Under the pieces are notes generated by a model. It did not search any database. It saw only the letters and a list, made by a program, of their open reading frames with translations, and was not told the origin of the DNA. From assembly GCF_006345805.1 (NCBI RefSeq), contig NC_043008.1, positions 29,946,001 to 30,010,000 of the forward strand: DNA of 64,000 nucleotides. Reading direction: 5' to 3'. Source of the stretch: Octopus sinensis (taxonomy: Eukaryota). Both the position numbers and the translations under genes were made by a program. This document shows, piece by piece, positions 28,100-42,108 of this stretch (positions are counted from its first letter, which is position 1; the number at the start of each line of letters is the position of its first letter).

Positions 28100-29200
28100 G
28101 GACAATTCCAAGGAATCAATGAATAACCCTTAAGAATCACGCGTATCCCTGGTCACTTGAGCCCTTGCTCACGATTCTCTCTCAAACTTTAAGCCCGTGC
28201 TTGGCCGTTCACAAATGGCACCATTTTCGCAATCTCACACATTTAAGTAAACTTGCTACAAGGCAGCACTTGTCTGTCAATTTTCACTTATCTTTGCAAG
28301 TGCAAGTTTAAAAGTTGGTGTACACGTGAACATATAGAGAGGTACAGTATTCATACCTTTCAATCTGGCCAACACGCAATATTCTTTACTAAGGCCACCA
28401 TTGATTATACTTGCCAGTGAAATGCACACAGCGGGATTATCTTCACGATAGACCTAGTAGATAGCAAACACCTCCTATACGCGATGCCCGGAAATGAAGA
28501 ATTACTCAGCGCACATTCAGGCCAGTCAGGTAGACGAAACTACCATGTCTGTAAAGTTTATATTGAATCGTCAATATTCTGCCCTTATTCCCGTTATCAA
28601 TGTTAGCCCAGAGATATTTGGTAATCGTCTTAAGGCCCCATCCCGAAAGTCGTAGGAACAAAGCAGCCAGTTGATTCTCTTCACCATCTTGAGTCTACCC
28701 TAAAACGTCGTTACTTTTGCCTGCCAATTTAACTCTAAAATAGAACTTCCACTGACTGCATGGTCTGATCTGTGGAGGTTTGTGAGCACCTGACGGCACT
28801 CAGTGTGCAAGGCAGTTCAATCCAGGATCGGTTTCTGCATGATCCAAGACCACAGCTCTTCCAAAGATATGAATTGCGTTAAAGCGTGTCCAACTCACCG
28901 TCAAGGAAACTCTGAAGATTTTACAGCCTTAATGCATGTCTGCACATCATCAGTCACGGCATGACAAGTTCCCATTCTCCAGGTGTTTGAAAACAATTTC
29001 CCCAGACTGGAGTATCTGCTCTTCCCACAGAATGTTGATGAGCACCACTGCAGTCTGGTCATGCATGAACTGTAGCAAGGCACGACGGACTGACGATTAT
29101 AGATACAAACCTGAAGATTTAGCGCAAACAACATTGTGAAACAGTGCAAGAGGACATGTTCTTTGAAACAGAATGGGTAGCAAGAACGAAGGTAAAAATA
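28100..29200 (+). mobile_element. Highly degenerate RTE-like LINE remnant
   Basis: Frameshifted fragments DKVPILQVFE, LQSGHA and CETVQEDM loosely follow the order of RTE C-terminal motifs (DKVPNxEVL, LRWxGH, WETxAxDR). Confidence 0.45.
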
Positions 29201-29527
29201 CAACCACAGTGAAAGCAACAGCAACAAACACGACAAAAGAAATGAGGTCCTCAGAAACACTGCATATCCAACAACAAAAGCGACTGAAATACGAAGATCA
29301 CACTTTTATATTTAGGTACATAGATACCTAAATAGTTAGAAAGTTCACAACTGTCTCTCATCGTTCTCCGTAATATCAAGCTGATAGTCCGCTTTCTCCT
29401 GTCACTGCTATTGTAACTCCGGCTTGCCTATTCTATGTCGAGAGAAACTCGATAACAAAGACTGAGTTTGCGCAGAAATTATATATATATATATATATTA
29501 TATATATATATATTATATATATATATA

Positions 29528-29572
<45 letters not shown>

Positions 29573-29670
29573 GGAGAGTGTGTGTGTGTATGTATGATAT
29601 GTATGTATGTATACTTGTTGTTTATATACCTGTCTTCGTCTTTTGTTTTTCTGTAAATTTCAACTACATA

Positions 29671-29727
<57 letters not shown>

Positions 29728-29779
29728 GGGATATGTAAGTATACTTATCTACACACATGCACATATATATTCTTTTATA

Positions 29780-29930
29780 CTTGTTCCAGTTATTAGACCG
29801 TGCTGTAGCACTGCTTTAAAGAACTGTAGCTCCATTACATATTTTATAAAACTTCACGTTTTTTTCTACTCAAACTCTGTGTTACCGGGTCATAAACACA
29901 CCCACACCGGTTGTCAAGCTATGGTAGGGG
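29780..29930 (-). mobile_element. SINE family A 3' part, degenerate
   Basis: TACTTGTTCCAGTTATTAGACCGTGCTGTAGCACTGCTTTAA and ACACCCACACCGGTTGTCAAGC are reverse complements of family motifs. Confidence 0.65.
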
Positions 29931-30067
29931 ACAAATATAAACACAAGCGCACACACACATATATAAATATACATACAAAGAGTTTCTTAAACAGTTCTGT
30001 ATTTGAGAGGCGAGGAATTATGTACATTATTTTATATTATTTACATTTGACGGATATTTGGCCTTAT

Positions 30068-30175
30068 CTTGTTTGTTGTTAAAACAACTTTTGGGCTGAT
30101 GTACTCTCCAGTCTTCATCAAGTGTCCTGGGAGAATTTCGAACCTGGGATTTCATTTCTAAGGTAGCTTTCCGTT
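30068..30175 (-). mobile_element. PLE-type terminal fragment with degenerate hammerhead-like motif, adjacent to (TTA)n
   Basis: Minus GACAC TTGATGA A GACTG GAGAGTACAT CAGCC CAAAA GTT GTTT: same layout as the other motifs but GAAAC has decayed. Confidence 0.5.
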
Positions 30176-30190
30176 ATTATTATTATTATT

Positions 30191-30258
<68 letters not shown>

Positions 30259-30299
30259 TTTTAATATTATTATACTTTAGGAATGATTTTTTTTTAGTT

Positions 30300-30434
30300 T
30301 CTCTCAACCAAATCTACTGACAACGCTTTGTTCGGCTATAGGAGAATGCGCCTCCACAAGGTACCACGCACTGGGACTGAACCCGGAACAGAATGGTTGA
30401 GAAACAAACTTTTTAACACACAGCTATACCTGCG

Positions 30435-30440
<6 letters not shown>
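30300..30440 (-). mobile_element. SINE family A 5' head
   Basis: Minus GGCGCAGGTATAGCTGTGTGTT..GTTCCGGGTTCAGTCCCAGTGCGTGGTACCTTG. Confidence 0.8.
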
Positions 30441-30492
<52 letters not shown>

Positions 30493-30507
30493 GAGATTGA
30501 GAGAGAC

Positions 30508-30627
<120 letters not shown>

Positions 30628-32270
30628 AAATATGTATGTATTTATTTATCCTCATCTGTTTTCCTGCTTATAAATTAATTACGTTATTCTGCGTATATTT
30701 TCACGCTTACGTGAAAATGAGTTTTAACCCTTCGATAATAGAAATTGATAAATTACCGGGTGTAAATAATATTTATATTAACTGAAGATGTGCTGAGCAT
30801 AACAACGGTTATGTCACTTTTTAATTATTATGTATGTGTCCGCCTTCGCTACGCCCAGCAGGAGATATGGTAGATTTTAGGATAAATATTTGATGATGAG
30901 GGTTAATTGATGCCGATTTAATTTGTTCCATGAATAAAACATGTTTAAATTAATAATAAAAGACAACGATTTGTTTTAGATAAGCGGTGTCGTAAGACAT
31001 CGCACAGCAATGACTGAAATTAATGTAGGAATTTCTTTTGTTTATTTTTATTTATTTAATTGAAAACATTTGAATGATAAAAAAAATTTCTGATTAATGT
31101 AACTATAAATCATCGAACCTAGTCACATCTGAGAATACGCATGATTTCCTCGGGTAGTAAAAATGCTCAATTTCATATGAAGTCCTGCTATTTTGATATT
31201 AAAATCAGTTGAAATTGTTTCATATTATTTACATCGAGAAGTGGAAATTGACTTGTCAATGTGACCTTACAAGAAAATGTTGATTTTTATATTTATATAT
31301 AATTTTGACTCAATATATTTCACGATACTCGCTAACGTGGTATTTTTTGTTACCCCCCAAATCTGTGGTTATTTTTTCGAGACAAAGAGAACCTCAGATA
31401 CATAAACAGTCTTACAGTATACAAGAAAGCCAGTCATGTTTCATATAGTCAACGAGAAAACAAATGTCCTACAGGGTAAAACTCATCAGCATTTTACAAT
31501 GTCAGGAAATCATTAAAAAATATCATCTTTTAGTGTCGACTAACACTAATATAGTGGACTATTTTGGCCTGTGTTTTATTATATAATGATACAAGTTACA
31601 ATTATTCCATTGATTCCTATTGAATTCTCTTGATACTGTTTGTACAATACGCTTAGATATTTTCAGAAATAGTTTCATTTTCGTCCCTTATTTCACACCT
31701 TAATTTATTCCTACAGTTTTATTCCAGGCACTTTCTGTTGCTACCATAAACTGTAAGTTAAGTGCACAAATGAAGCTGAATATTGTAATTTTACCCATGT
31801 ACGTATGTGCATCTAAATTTGATATAGACATTTTAGACAAGATCAGAGTGAATAATACAACTGCTAATTCTCTTTATACTGTCTAAATTCATCAAATTCT
31901 TACCCACTGAGTTTATTAATTTACATAAGATACCGGCGGGAGATAATCACTAAATTGTCAGATGTTAATACTTAAGGAATCAATAAATAAATATCAGACG
32001 TCGGTATCTGTTCTGCAATAATAGCTGTTACCGGAATATGTTTGAAGAAATCTAATAATTGTCATATATATTGGAATTAAGGTCGTATTTGAGGTAGTTG
32101 ATTAAGTTGATTAAGTTAGAATGCTTAAAGTTTCCTCGCTGCTTATTTTCTACCTCTCTTCTCACTCGTATTCCCTCTTCACTTGTAAGTGCACATTTAT
32201 ATGTACACATGAATATATATATATATATATAAACGTATGCACCATAACATATCTATGTAGACTGACAGAC

Positions 32271-32353
<83 letters not shown>

Positions 32354-32439
32354 CAGACAGACATATTCTTCGCATGTGTCTATATCTTTACACATACCTG
32401 TTTATATATGAATACAGATATATGTAAGAAAATAGAACC

Positions 32440-32760
32440 AGCAATCCGTCGGTTACGACGTCGAGTGTTCCAGGCGGTCCGATAAACGGAAGAACCTGTT
32501 CTTGAAATTAAAGTGCAAGTGGCTCAGCACTCCACAGACACGTGAACCCATAACGTAGTTCTCAGAGACATTCAGCGTGACACAGGGAGTGACAAGCCCG
32601 GCCATTTGAAATACAGGTACATCTCATCTTTGACAGTTGAGGGAACTGGAGCAACGTGAAATAAAGTGTGTTGCTCAAGCACACAACTCGTCGCCGGGAA
32701 TTGAACTCACGACATTATGATCGTGAGCTGAATACCTTAACCACTAGGACACGCACCTTC
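32440..32760 (-). mobile_element. tRNA-derived SINE (family C), near full length
   Basis: Minus CCTAGTGGTTAAGG (box A) and GTGAGTTCAATTCCC (box B) at tRNA-like spacing, followed by a non-tRNA body. Confidence 0.85.
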
Positions 32761-33199
32761 ACATTTATATATGTACAGATATACAGATATCTGTACATAT
32801 ATACGCGCGTGTACCTGTTTGCATGTATTTATATGTGGACATGATAATGAGTATATAATTGCCTAACTGTATATATACGTGGGTGCGCGCGCGTAAGTGC
32901 ACGTGCGAAAACGCGTGCGTGCGTGTGTATTGTATGTTGCTTAATAAATAATACCAAAATTATTACAGTATATACAACATGCAGAGTGATGTCGATAGGA
33001 GTATTGCTAAATTTAAAGAAATACACGTTAACATGTCGATCATAATTTGATTCGACATCTCTCACTTCAGGTTCATTTTAGCTTCACGATATTATAATCA
33101 ATATTTAGATAGATAATTGTTTTTCTAAACTACAGATCCGTGAAGATTAATATTTGGTCTGAATTATTTACTTTTGAATTTAATAGCAATATTGGATTT

Positions 33200-33400
33200 A
33201 AATTTTGGCACAAGACCTCCGATTTCTTGTTTCGGTGTTGTGCACTACATCGACCCCAGTGTTACACTGGTATTTATTTCATCGAGCTTACACATATGAA
33301 GGGAAAAGACGACCCCTATGAAATTTGAACTCAGAAATGAAAACCGGAAAAAATGCTGCTAAGGCATTTTGTTAGTTGCAGTAGAGATACTACCAGCGCT
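33200..33400 (-). mobile_element. SINE family B, degenerate
   Basis: ACATCGACCCCAGTGTTACACTGGTATTTATTTCATCG..AAATTTGAACTCAGAA (minus-strand box B GAGTTCAAATT). Confidence 0.75.
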
Positions 33401-33924
33401 TGACTGTAACTGTAATATTGTAAAATGTTTGAAACCGAGTAGAGAAAGAATTGCTACGTGTAATCACAGGAGGTAATTCTTCATTTCTTCGCAGGGAAAA
33501 ATGGGATTTGATCTTGTGTAAAAAAAATTCAAGGAAGAAAAATGGGCACAAAATCAATATATTGGAGTGATAGCAGAAGGAAATCTAGAACGACAAAATC
33601 CCATATCTCTTAGATGAGTCAATATCGAGTGCATGTGTATTTATGTTGTTGCATTAGATTGAAGGTGATGTTTTCCAGTTGCAAAATAGGCGCTTATCAA
33701 GCAATTTGCATTTGTCGAATACATATTAGTCATCATGTTTATGAAGTTTCTCCGCTATTTTCACATCTGTAATGTGCTCAAATGGTGCGTCTTACATCCC
33801 ATTTGATATAATCAGAATTGATTTTGATATTTTTCTGTAGTTTTACATTAATATACGTTCGTAAAACCCACATTTTCAAAACTCAGTGCATTGCATATCA
33901 ACATTTTAGTTAATTGATATCAAA

Positions 33925-34045
33925 TTTCGGCACAGCAATTTCGGCGGAAGAGCAAGTCGATTACATCGATGCCATTGCTCGACTAGTTCTTATTTTATCG
34001 ACCCCGAAATGATGAAAGACAAACTCAATCTTGATGGAATGTGAA
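33925..34045 (-). mobile_element. SINE family B fragment
   Basis: AAGTCGATTACATCG..TTATTTTATCGACCCCGAAATGATGAAAG. Confidence 0.75.
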
Positions 34046-37000
34046 CGTTTATGTTACGTATATTTTCATAAGCAAATGTGGGAAAGCAGTTTATTATGTT
34101 CTTTAATTTTTTGCAAAACCTGCAATGAATAGAAACCCCAACATTTTATATCTGTATAGATATGTATTTGTGAGTGCCTAAGTTTATATGCCTGTATCCG
34201 TGAGTACTGTTATAATGTGAAAAAAGGACAAATTTAGCATCAGTGGGAAGAACTGTCCTTAAATCTTGGCAGCAAACAGCGAACTCTCAGAATAACACAT
34301 AAAAATGTTGTAAACGCCTTACACTTGAGGATGAATCGAATATTTCACTCTCATATAGGAGCAGTCTTTCCAATGGAGTTTCAAGCTCATATCATTTCTG
34401 AAAGTCCATTCGTCATTAAAGGGTTCACTCGGTTCTAGCATATAGTTCGCTTCAACAGCAGACCACATTGTTGCCAAACGATATTAATGATATGCCCATG
34501 ACTTTTGTGAAAACTAACATTGTATCTAATGAATACAAAGCTTTCTTGCTCAGTAGAAAATATCATACGAATTCCGTTGTAATATCATGTCAAGTACATT
34601 TAAATGTAGTTCATAGATATTAAAGATCGAAATGCGTGCAGTTTAACACCGTCATATTTATTATTTATGTGCAAAATAAAAGAATGCCAATGACTATGAA
34701 TTTGATCAATTAACATTCCTTACTTTCATAATTAAAACTTTAAGCATACCGATTTATCTAAAATCACACTGAAACACACTAAAACCTCTCTATGCATAAC
34801 CACGTATTAAATCCAGAAATGGTGAATTGTTTCACTGCATCACATCAAACATCCATTGAGCAGATATCATTAGTTTTGGTCAGATGCAAGAATTACTTTA
34901 CACATTTAGGCAGATGCATGAATGCCACAATTTTCACATAATCATGTCCCTATAATATTGCTTTCATTTAGAATAATGTGTTCATTGTGAGGTGAAAACT
35001 ACACGAAGCATCATAGATTAAAGAGCAAGATGCCACAGAAATCATTTCGTCAGGTGATTTGTCTTTATATGGTTCTGTGCGTGAGGTATACGTTAACGAC
35101 GTGATGCGATCATTTTTAATTTAGCCCACGAATATGAAAACATCTCTCTGTTAAAGACAAAGTAATCTAATATAGAAAATAAACAAATATTTGAAATCCC
35201 CCACGCCTGTAAAATCGATTAAAAGATTCCATCCTCTTAGAAGTTGTCAATTATAATTATACTTTTCAAACATAATTTGTGTCATTTTCTTTTATCGCAA
35301 CCAGATGATAGAGAGCATCTGACAATGATCTTAATTTTTCAAGAGGTATTCGGTGCTAATTAGCTAGATTTAAATAAATAGTTTATAATGACAAACTGCT
35401 TTGTGGAATACATAATCAACTCAAACTGGCATTCAAGTAGCTAAAAAAGAATTTCTACTTTTCAATTTAAATCTATTTCACCGCTATCTTTAGATTGTTC
35501 AATGTATGAGAGGTTCGTGATTTCAGCGTTAAAGGAAAATTCCTTTTAAAATAATACCACAATTATTTTTGTTTCATTCGTAAACCACATTCACACCATC
35601 TGTTGCTATATACAATGGTTGTGATTCAAATTATAACGGCTCCTTAAACACATCTGATATCTCTAGGAGCCGGAGTCGATAAAATGCCGCAGAGTTTTTG
35701 TTCGTATCTGTCATCTCCTCAATGTGTTTGACGAAGATACTTCAATTTCATTATGTTTAGTTCACTGGAAACCATGTAGTTACTATTGATAAATACCCTA
35801 CCGCCTTAGGCTATGGTTGTTAAGTGTTTTGCTATGCTACAGAGTTGACTATAGGTCGTCCTGTTTCTAGACCAAGTGAAGTAATAGGAACCCTCATAAA
35901 TACATCCCGCCGTCAAATGCCTCACAGCAACTTTTCTTACCAAACATTTGAAAGAGATGACCAGCATGGTTTTTCATATTTTTTCTCAGATCAGACTATA
36001 AATGTTATTAAATATAGTGAAATGTAGTGCATGGGGATAAACAACTCTCTTGTCTAAACATCCCAATGAACACTATAAAAATCCTAAAAGGATAACCTAT
36101 TGTAACAAAAGTTACAATCTTGCTTCAAGTGTCTAAAAATTCATAGATCAAAGCTAAAGCATTTCTGCCACAGCTTTTGTACTTAGATATGATTTCCCTA
36201 ACACAAGTATCATATGGGCTCTAAAATGTTTCAGCCCATATCTTACAAATTCTTTGAAATTATAAGTATCTGCAATGTTTGAGATATCCCGTTTTGTGAT
36301 CAGGGAACTTTCGCATCAAGGATCCCTGTTTATATCAATTTATAAAAAAATTGTTCAGATTCGAATTCATTGTCTCCGCTAAATAAATTTGTAAAATAAT
36401 TAGTAAGAAATTATCCATATATCAGAATAAATAGTCAGTACGAAATTACCTAGATCAATAAATTAAAGCAATTTCAATTCGATATTTCTTAGAAATTCTG
36501 TTAGAACACATATCTTAATAATTATGTCGGCATAGGGTAACGAAGTTGAATACTCAACCTATAATTTTCACGTATTCGCAAAAATAGAGGCTCTTTGGTC
36601 AAATTCAAATACACAGTTTGTTTTTGCTGAATCAGCTCTTATATTAATGTCTTTAAATACAATGCGTCCGATTTCGTGTTGCCACAATAACGAGGCGCCT
36701 GACCTCGTTATATCGTGAGACAACTTCGAAGGATGAACATTGTTTGCACTAAATAGCCAAATGTATATACTAATTTCCTAAAACTACTAGCTTTTGAATA
36801 TTGTTATATGCTTCTGGGCATCTCAGATTGTTGTTTAGGAAATTGTACATTAAAATGATTAACGCCAGAGTACTATAAAAATATTTTTTCTGCTGCTCTT
36901 GTATTTCGTGGATTTGACTTAGAAAACGTTAACTTAATATTGGAGCATTTGACGACATAATTAACACAGTGTTTTTGTTAAATTTATTGGGTTCCAGATT

Positions 37001-39072
37001 TTACAGTGCGACGTAGGAAATAAGGTTACCCAAAGCAATTCAATGTAGTGGTGTCTTATATATGATCATGGAAAATGGATCTTCGGGAATTTGAAGGTAG
37101 AACACATGACGCATCTTTCTTCTAATAAATTTCAGTGTATTTCATGTGTGCAAATTATACCTTGATATTGACATCTTTCCGAACAATGTTGATATTAAAC
37201 TGGAAACCCGGTTCACGCAGTGCGCCTCGCAATGTCAATGTATCGCTTAGTCGTATTTAAGCGAATCTTGCATTTAATAAGAATTGGTCTTCTCTGTAAG
37301 CCCTTTAAAAATTCATGTGTATATATTTTGGATACCACAGATGATAGTTAAAATGTTACTCGTACTTCATTGATATACTATCCTGGAAAATTAATATTAT
37401 ATATTTTCATGTGAGTACTGTCATCTTATCTTACCTTACTTTTCAGTTACATAGCTTAGGTGTTGTAGCTGAAAGAAAGATTTATTCTTTTATTCTTTTA
37501 TCCTTTTACCATGCTGGGGTCCCGTCATTCTGCGTGCTGTCCATACCTTTGAGCTTATATAACTTCAGGGAAACCAAGGTTAGGTACTGGATTTATTTTA
37601 AGCTCATGTTTCTAAATACCCTGTGCCCGGAAAGAATTGGCATCTGACGTTCGCAGACGAATCATTTGTTTGAAAGGAAATAACATCTGCACATTCTATC
37701 TAAAATATTCTCTCAATCACATAACGGTCAGGTTCCTTGTATTCTAACTTCATTTGAACTTATGTAAACAAAAACGTCACCATCAGTTTGCCTTGGGCTT
37801 GTTTCTACGTATAATTTCTTGAATACAAAGATACGTAATTTCTGGCAAACTTTATAGAAAATGTGTCCGATGGTTTAAAACAAATGCTCTAAGAATATGT
37901 TAAAGTTTTATCTGATAGATAGCAATAGGGTTTATATGGGTCAATAGTTCAGTTGAAAACTACTGAATCGAGATGTCTCACATTTTTAAAGAAATTATTT
38001 GTTTAGAGATATTAAATTGTAAACTCTGGAATATAATGCTTTAATGTGTTATATTTTAGCTAGTTTTGTGTAGGAGTAATAGACTGCAAGGAAAGTGTTT
38101 TGTGTGGACGAAAATTGTATTGAAAGCGTCGCTTTTCTTTTAACTTCTGTTTTATTTATTTCGCTTCATTGAGACATTTTCAGCCTTCTGATTGTGTGTG
38201 GGAAATTTTTTTTTTAGTTTGTATCCGGTTTATGATTTTATTCTCAGTTATAAAATTACCGATGTTTGCTACAATGTATGCCACATTGTCTGATGGCAGC
38301 TGCTTTCAATATATATGATAAAATATAACGTATCTCAGGAATCCATGTTAGACTTGATAGAGTAAATTTTGTATGATATTTATTGAATTAAGACAATGTC
38401 TTAAAACATTTTGAACGAACGATATAATATCGTTTATCTATATATTGCGGTATTTCTGTGCTAGTGTTACTTACTTAACTTGGTATTTGCTGCTAGTGAT
38501 ATAATTTTGTGAAATATACGAAGTAAACTTTAGTGTTTTATGCTTCATATAACACATGACAGTCATATGATGCCATATACAATATTTGCCGTTTTTCCTT
38601 TCATTTCAGCTATTTCTATGATATCTTTTGCCAAGCACCTTGCGATATCTGATACATAGTATTTGATATGATAGCTGACGCAATATGCAGTGACAATCTT
38701 AATGGATATATTATGTATCATTCAAAACTTGCGCATTATTACACTGTAATTTCATGTATTTTACATTGGCGGTACCAAATTTCTCTTATAGTTATTTTTT
38801 ATTCACTGAATGTTCTATGTTCATTTCGATATCAACTTCGTTTCTGATCTAGTAAAACTGCTAAAATGGAGAAATTTCTTTCATGCAAATGTAATGGTTA
38901 AAAACACAGACATTTTTTGCGTATTTCAGTGTTTGATGCTGTACGTATTATCCATTGTATAATACGGTGTATAAAAAAATCTCTAATATAACATGTTTTA
39001 TGATGTTTTCCAGCTATAAAATACATAGATTATAAAGCCAGAGATTCAGAACTATGTGTTATAATCATTAGA

Positions 39073-39161
<89 letters not shown>

Positions 39162-39853
39162 ATGCACACACACATATATATATATATGTTTAAGTGACTG
39201 TAGCTGGGTTCAAGTAATCCAGCGGTACTGATAAAAAAGCACCTTAGTCTGTCATACCACAAACCATATACAGTATACAGTAATATATAGGAAAAAGAAT
39301 AAGGATAATACAAATATATAAATGATGGAAAAATATTATAATGAACTTTATTTAACAATAATCGTAAAGCAATTACGACAAATTTATTTTAGTATTCCAA
39401 GAACATGTAAGTATTTTATATTGTAATTAATGATAAAGCAGCTACTTCTATGTTTGCGTTAGTTCTAAATGCGAAAATTCCATTGATGTTACTGCTGAAT
39501 TTCTATAATCTCATCAGGGGTACCAATTAATTGTTAAACTCACCTCCCCTTTAATAATACTTAATCGACTTTATATGACTAGAGAAGGTATTATTTTCTA
39601 TCATGTATATGTATATATATATATATACAACTATAAATAAGGGTATCTGAGAGACACCGCCATTCCGAAATAGCAGTCAAACCCTAACTCTAAAAAACAC
39701 CTAAAATGTTCATATCGCACCACGAGATAAGACAGAAAGACAAAATAAACTAGCAAAAAGATATTACTGGATAATTCAAGATCCTGGATTTCTAGCTTTG
39801 CTTCAAATAAGCTCTGCTTTCGTCAGTTGAATATACCACATTAGCACATAAAT

Positions 39854-39927
<74 letters not shown>

Positions 39928-40032
39928 CACACGTTATACTTACATATACGAGCGTCCAGATATACATATATATGCACGTATGTACAAGGTCAGATTTAAA
40001 TTGCCCGCCAACTACCTCGTAAGCGATATGGT

Positions 40033-40270
40033 CAGTGAATATAGTGACGAATTATATAAATTTATAAATAAGGATAATATCGATATTTAAATATCGATAT
40101 TATCAAGTCGTCAGCATGAGAATAAATACCCTACAATGGTAATAATTTTTCACAACTATAAATACGGGTATCTGAGAGACACTACATTGCGGAAATAGCA
40201 GTCAAACCACTTAATAATATCGATATTATCCTTATTTATAAATTTATATAATTCGTCACTATATTCACTG
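40033..40270. repeat. Perfect 55-bp inverted repeat enclosing 128 bp; left arm overlaps a perfect 32-bp palindrome
   Basis: 40033-40087 is the exact reverse complement of 40216-40270; 40073-40104 GATAATATCGATATTTAAATATCGATATTATC is self-complementary. Confidence 0.95.
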
Positions 40271-40856
40271 CAGTGTTTATCTTGACAATATCATCTACTC
40301 CGCTTTTTCGAAGGCAAGGACAATACGCGACTTCGTTGAAACAATCTATCCCGCAAGGTAAATTAAATAAAATTCTAGATTTTTTGTGGAGGATGAAAGT
40401 GGTAACAAGAACAGGACAGTGAGAACAAAACAGTAAAAACAAACGGTGAGGGCTGTTAAGCCAAGACGATGGGAAAAGTATTATGAATGCTAGGAAGACG
40501 AGCTTATGAGAGACGACATGTATAAGTAGATGTTGTCTTTAAGATAGATTCCCTTTCGTCACGTGTCAGCGACGGGAGTCAATGAGCAAGAGTAAGAGAG
40601 AGGGAACAGTGAAGAGGTGAAGAAAAGAATAGAGAAGGGTGGGAGAGAAAATCAGAAACGATGAAGAACAAGAGAGGGAGAGAGAGAGAGACAGATAAGA
40701 GATAGTAGAGATAGAAGAGTGCGCATCGTAATTAACATATAACTTAGTTGGAAAGGGATGCGTGGCGTTCAATCATATATTAATACATATATTATATAAT
40801 TGTATGCATATATACATACATATATGTACATACCTACATACATATGTATATATGCA

Positions 40857-40890
<34 letters not shown>

Positions 40891-40893
<3 letters not shown>

Positions 40894-41098
40894 CGGGAAG
40901 CTTTATGAAAATAAACAAAAGACGAAGGCAGGTGGAAGACAAACGAACAATTGTATTAGTATGGCGCTCAGGAAATATAAATAAAACAAGTCTTTAACGT
41001 TTCGAGCCTACGCTCTTCAACAGAAAGATACACAGAGAGAGAAAAACACAGAAAGAAGGAGAGAAAAAAAATGCGTGCAGTAGCTAACGAATCAACAT
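40891..41098 (-). mobile_element. ~207-bp non-autonomous PLE/retrozyme-like element with hammerhead-like motif
   Basis: Near-identical reverse complement of 46989-47194 with the same boundaries; 3' end runs into (TA)n. Confidence 0.8.
40991..41028 (-). ncRNA. Minimal type-I hammerhead ribozyme-like motif (A6U core variant)
   Basis: UCUUU CUGUUGA A GAGC GUAG GCUC GAAA C GU U AAAGA. Confidence 0.55.
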
Positions 41099-41158
41099 GG
41101 CGATCTGATTTCGGCCAGAGGTCAAAGATCAAACATATATACATAAAAAATTCTACCG

Positions 41159-41191
<33 letters not shown>

Positions 41192-41198
41192 TATATAT

Positions 41199-41400
41199 AG
41201 GTAAATGTAAAAAAACGCAAACTGGGACAAGAACGCAAAACATTTAGAAGACGATACAAAAAAACGGACGGGACATTCGAAGCCTTCGATCTTCAGTCAA
41301 GAACCGGATCATCTTCGCAATTTCGGCTGATTAATCTTGAGATTGCTCCGACCTGGCAAGCCCCAAAGGAAAATCTAAGCCAAGCGCATTAAATTCCAAT
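41199..41400 (-). mobile_element. Third PLE-like terminal fragment ending in (TA)n
   Basis: Minus ..CAGCCGAAATTG..GACTGAAGATCGAAGGCTTCGAATGTCCCGTC.., then a pyrimidine-rich tail into (TA)n; architecture similar to the neighbouring element. Confidence 0.5.
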
Positions 41401-42027
41401 ACATACACATACATACACACACAACTACAAATATATTAGTGAAGTCTATTTAACTAATAGTGTGAATGTGTTTCTATTGCAATATCAAGAATAGTTGATG
41501 GTCTTATTAGTGTGTGATTATGGGGTATCTTGTTTGCGCGCGCGTGTGTGTGTGTGTGTATATGCTGAAAAATATATAATGCAGGAATTACAGATATTTC
41601 CTCTTTATATACAGAGTGTTGAACACAATACATGGTTAAAAAAGCTTTGTACTCTTTAACTGAAATAATGCGCTTCACTTATTGGTATTTCCTTATCTGA
41701 TATATTTACGCCTAATAATTGAAAAATTATTAGACGTAAATATGTTTTAAAACGATCTTTTATATTTATGAAAAACGACAAGCTTTTCTATAAAACAAAG
41801 ATATGTTACGCTTCGTTACTTATTGGAAATAAATATTATACGAATAGATATTTGGCGTAATAAATACTGTTTTATATTCGATATTATATCATAATATTAC
41901 GGATGCAGACGGCTGTAAATAACCCTGCGAAAGAATGCTGTCAAAAGCTGTATTCATAACTATGTGTACAACATATCTCCTGTTATATTTTGCACACGTC
42001 TTCCTATTGTTCACTAAATTACAAACA

Positions 42028-42108
<81 letters not shown>

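Noticed and set aside
35941-35995. Minus-strand candidate exon SDLRKNMKNHAGHLFQMF with a vague globin E-helix look
   Set aside because: Too short, weak acceptor, and no other globin-like exon found.
39640-39680. CTGAGAGA..GAAATAGCAGTC hammerhead-like spacing (also 40160-40205)
   Set aside because: Core mismatched and no consistent stem II or stem III in either copy.
40073-40115. Minus-strand CTGACGA preceding the long palindrome
   Set aside because: No GAAA in register and no stem I; not accepted as a hammerhead.
41262-41300. CUGAAGA..UUCGAAUGUC as a hammerhead
   Set aside because: Canonical first core half, but stem II consumes the G of GAA, an A is missing and stem I does not pair.
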